Shown here one piece after another: positions 62,825 through 64,000 of a stretch of DNA of 64,000 nt (within the stretch, counting starts at the first letter, position 1; each line of letters starts with the position of its first letter). A program made the position numbers and the translations under genes. Origin of the DNA: Macrostomum lignano. Taxonomy: Eukaryota. The stretch spans positions 310,001 to 374,000 of the forward strand of contig NIVC01000861.1 in assembly GCA_002269645.1 (NCBI GenBank). The letters run 5' to 3'. Under the pieces are notes generated by a model, which was not told the DNA's origin, made no database searches, and worked only from the letters and a program-made list of their open reading frames with translations.

Positions 62825-64000
62825 TTATAGCAAATTATTTGAAATAAACCTGAAGAATTTGCCAAACGCAAAACTCCTCAAAGCCCGCATCAGTCGCCGT
62901 AAGGCAGAAACACTGAAAGCAAATACCGTTTCCATAGCAACAGCTCCAAAGTGATGTTTTCTCTCCTGGCCAGCCTGTCGAGGGTGCGGCAAGCGGACGA
63001 ACTCAACGAACGGATGCCGGCCAAGAGCTCGAATCGCCTGACACGTCATGGTGGGCTTCGAGCACCCGGTGCTGGTGTGAGGCTGATAGTGGCACTGCCG
63101 CATCACGTCGGATTTGTACTGCCGCCTGAGAAAGCGCAGAGGCCGCCTTGGGGAGGGCAGCAGCAGACCGGGGCCGAAAGGCCTCCAGCTGAGCGGATAG
63201 ACATCCTCAATAGAAAATACCCTGGGCTGTTCCAGTCGGATAAACCAGCGACCGGAGTTTCGGATTAGAAACAGGTCGACAGCAAGTAGGCAGGACTTGG
63301 TGCCGTTCACCAAGTCGCACCGGATCCCGAGCTTCCAGTGCATGTTCAGCGCCTCGGTGTCTAGAAATAAATACGTCGAGCTTTTAGAAAGCTCCTCGAG
63401 TAGGTAGCGAACCTGCGACTTTTGATCCACTCTGATGCCGAAGTCGAAATCGTCGTCCCACGGCACCAGGCCGAAGTGCCGCACCGAGCCGATCAAGCTA
63501 CCATCAAGTAGGAAAAGTTCCAAGCCCCTACTGGTGAAATTGGAGAACAGGTGGCCCAGCTGCCTGTACACCTCGGCCATGTCTCTTGAGTTGGCGAAAT
63601 GCCTGAAGCAGTTGGAATCATTCAAAATTCTGTTGGCAGTTATTGGCGCAACAGCTTTGGCGCACGACTCTGACGTCAGATTGGCCAGGTCGACTGGCGT
63701 TTCCAGCGTAGCGTAGAAGCCCGGCTTGATTGGCAGCTGTCTGCGCACTTCAGCCTGATCTGCGGTCACCTCTGCTAGACGATCCAGCAGGTTACTATGG
63801 TAACAAGCGTCGCTGACGGTTGGCTCTATCAGTTTCGAATCGCTGTCAATGCCCCACAACGAGCTGCCCAGTAGCTGGGATCGCCATTGCAGCATTGGTG
63901 AAATTGGCTGAACAAGTACAGGCTCAGGAGCATTACCACGGCATCGGCTATCACTGTTCCTGGCCGAAGGAGACCCTTTGACAGGGTTGAAAGTAACATC
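62825..64000 (-). CDS. LicD-family (fukutin/FKRP-like) nucleotidyltransferase-fold protein, 5'-partial
   Basis: LFLLDGSLIGSVRHFGLVPWDDDFDFGI fits the LicD GTLLGAxRHxGxIPWDDDxD signature; downstream VDLF and VYPL...F motifs. The frame stays open for 35 more codons from 63895 to the window edge. Confidence 0.82.
   Translation of the reverse strand, partial: DVTFNPVKGSPSARNSDSRCRGNAPEPVLVQPISPMLQWRSQLLGSSLWGIDSDSKLIEPTVSDACYHSNLLDRLAEVTADQAEVRRQLPIKPGFYATLETPVDLANLTSESCAKAVAPITANRILNDSNCFRHFANSRDMAEVYRQLGHLFSNFTSRGLELFLLDGSLIGSVRHFGLVPWDDDFDFGIRVDQKSQVRYLLEELSKSSTYLFLDTEALNMHWKLGIRCDLVNGTKSCLLAVDLFLIRNSGRWFIRLEQPRVFSIEDVYPLSWRPFGPGLLLPSPRRPLRFLRRQYKSDVMRQCHYQPHTSTGCSKPTMTCQAIRALGRHPFVEFVRLPHPRQAGQERKHHFGAVAMETVFAFSVSALRRLMRALRSFAFGKFFRFISNNLL

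Overview
This is eukaryotic, intron-rich metazoan DNA: GC-rich exons sit in AT-rich introns, and most introns carry their own tandem repeat. That architecture suggests a flatworm such as Macrostomum, which is inference only. Six host genes were reconstructed by hand from GT/GC-AG boundaries with reading phase checked: CFAP43/WDR96 (+, 3137-24278, 23 core exons, about 1713 aa), PDCD6/ALG-2 (-, 2 coding exons), PSMD5 (+, 5 exons), a DLK/LZK (MAP3K12/13)-type kinase (+, 6 exons), a SLC20/PiT phosphate transporter (-, 7 coding exons) and a LicD-family nucleotidyltransferase (-, open to the right edge). Mobile DNA comprises an apparently intact 4.0-kb hAT transposon with a 3-exon transposase, three non-autonomous TIR elements with 8-bp TSDs, and two inverted tRNA-derived CORE-like SINEs. 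The main unexplained structure is a run of about 11 symmetric phase-0 exons (ten of 21-60 nt plus one of 240 nt) inside one 3.1-kb CFAP43 intron. Joined, they read as a continuous ~209-aa charged insert with RRxS motifs, and more symmetric micro-exons occur further downstream. The second highlight is the inverted SINE pair bracketing two SLC20 exons, a typical circRNA/RNA-editing arrangement. Most long ORFs in the supplied track come from tandem repeats and are not genes. No database searches were run; homology calls are from recalled family motifs.
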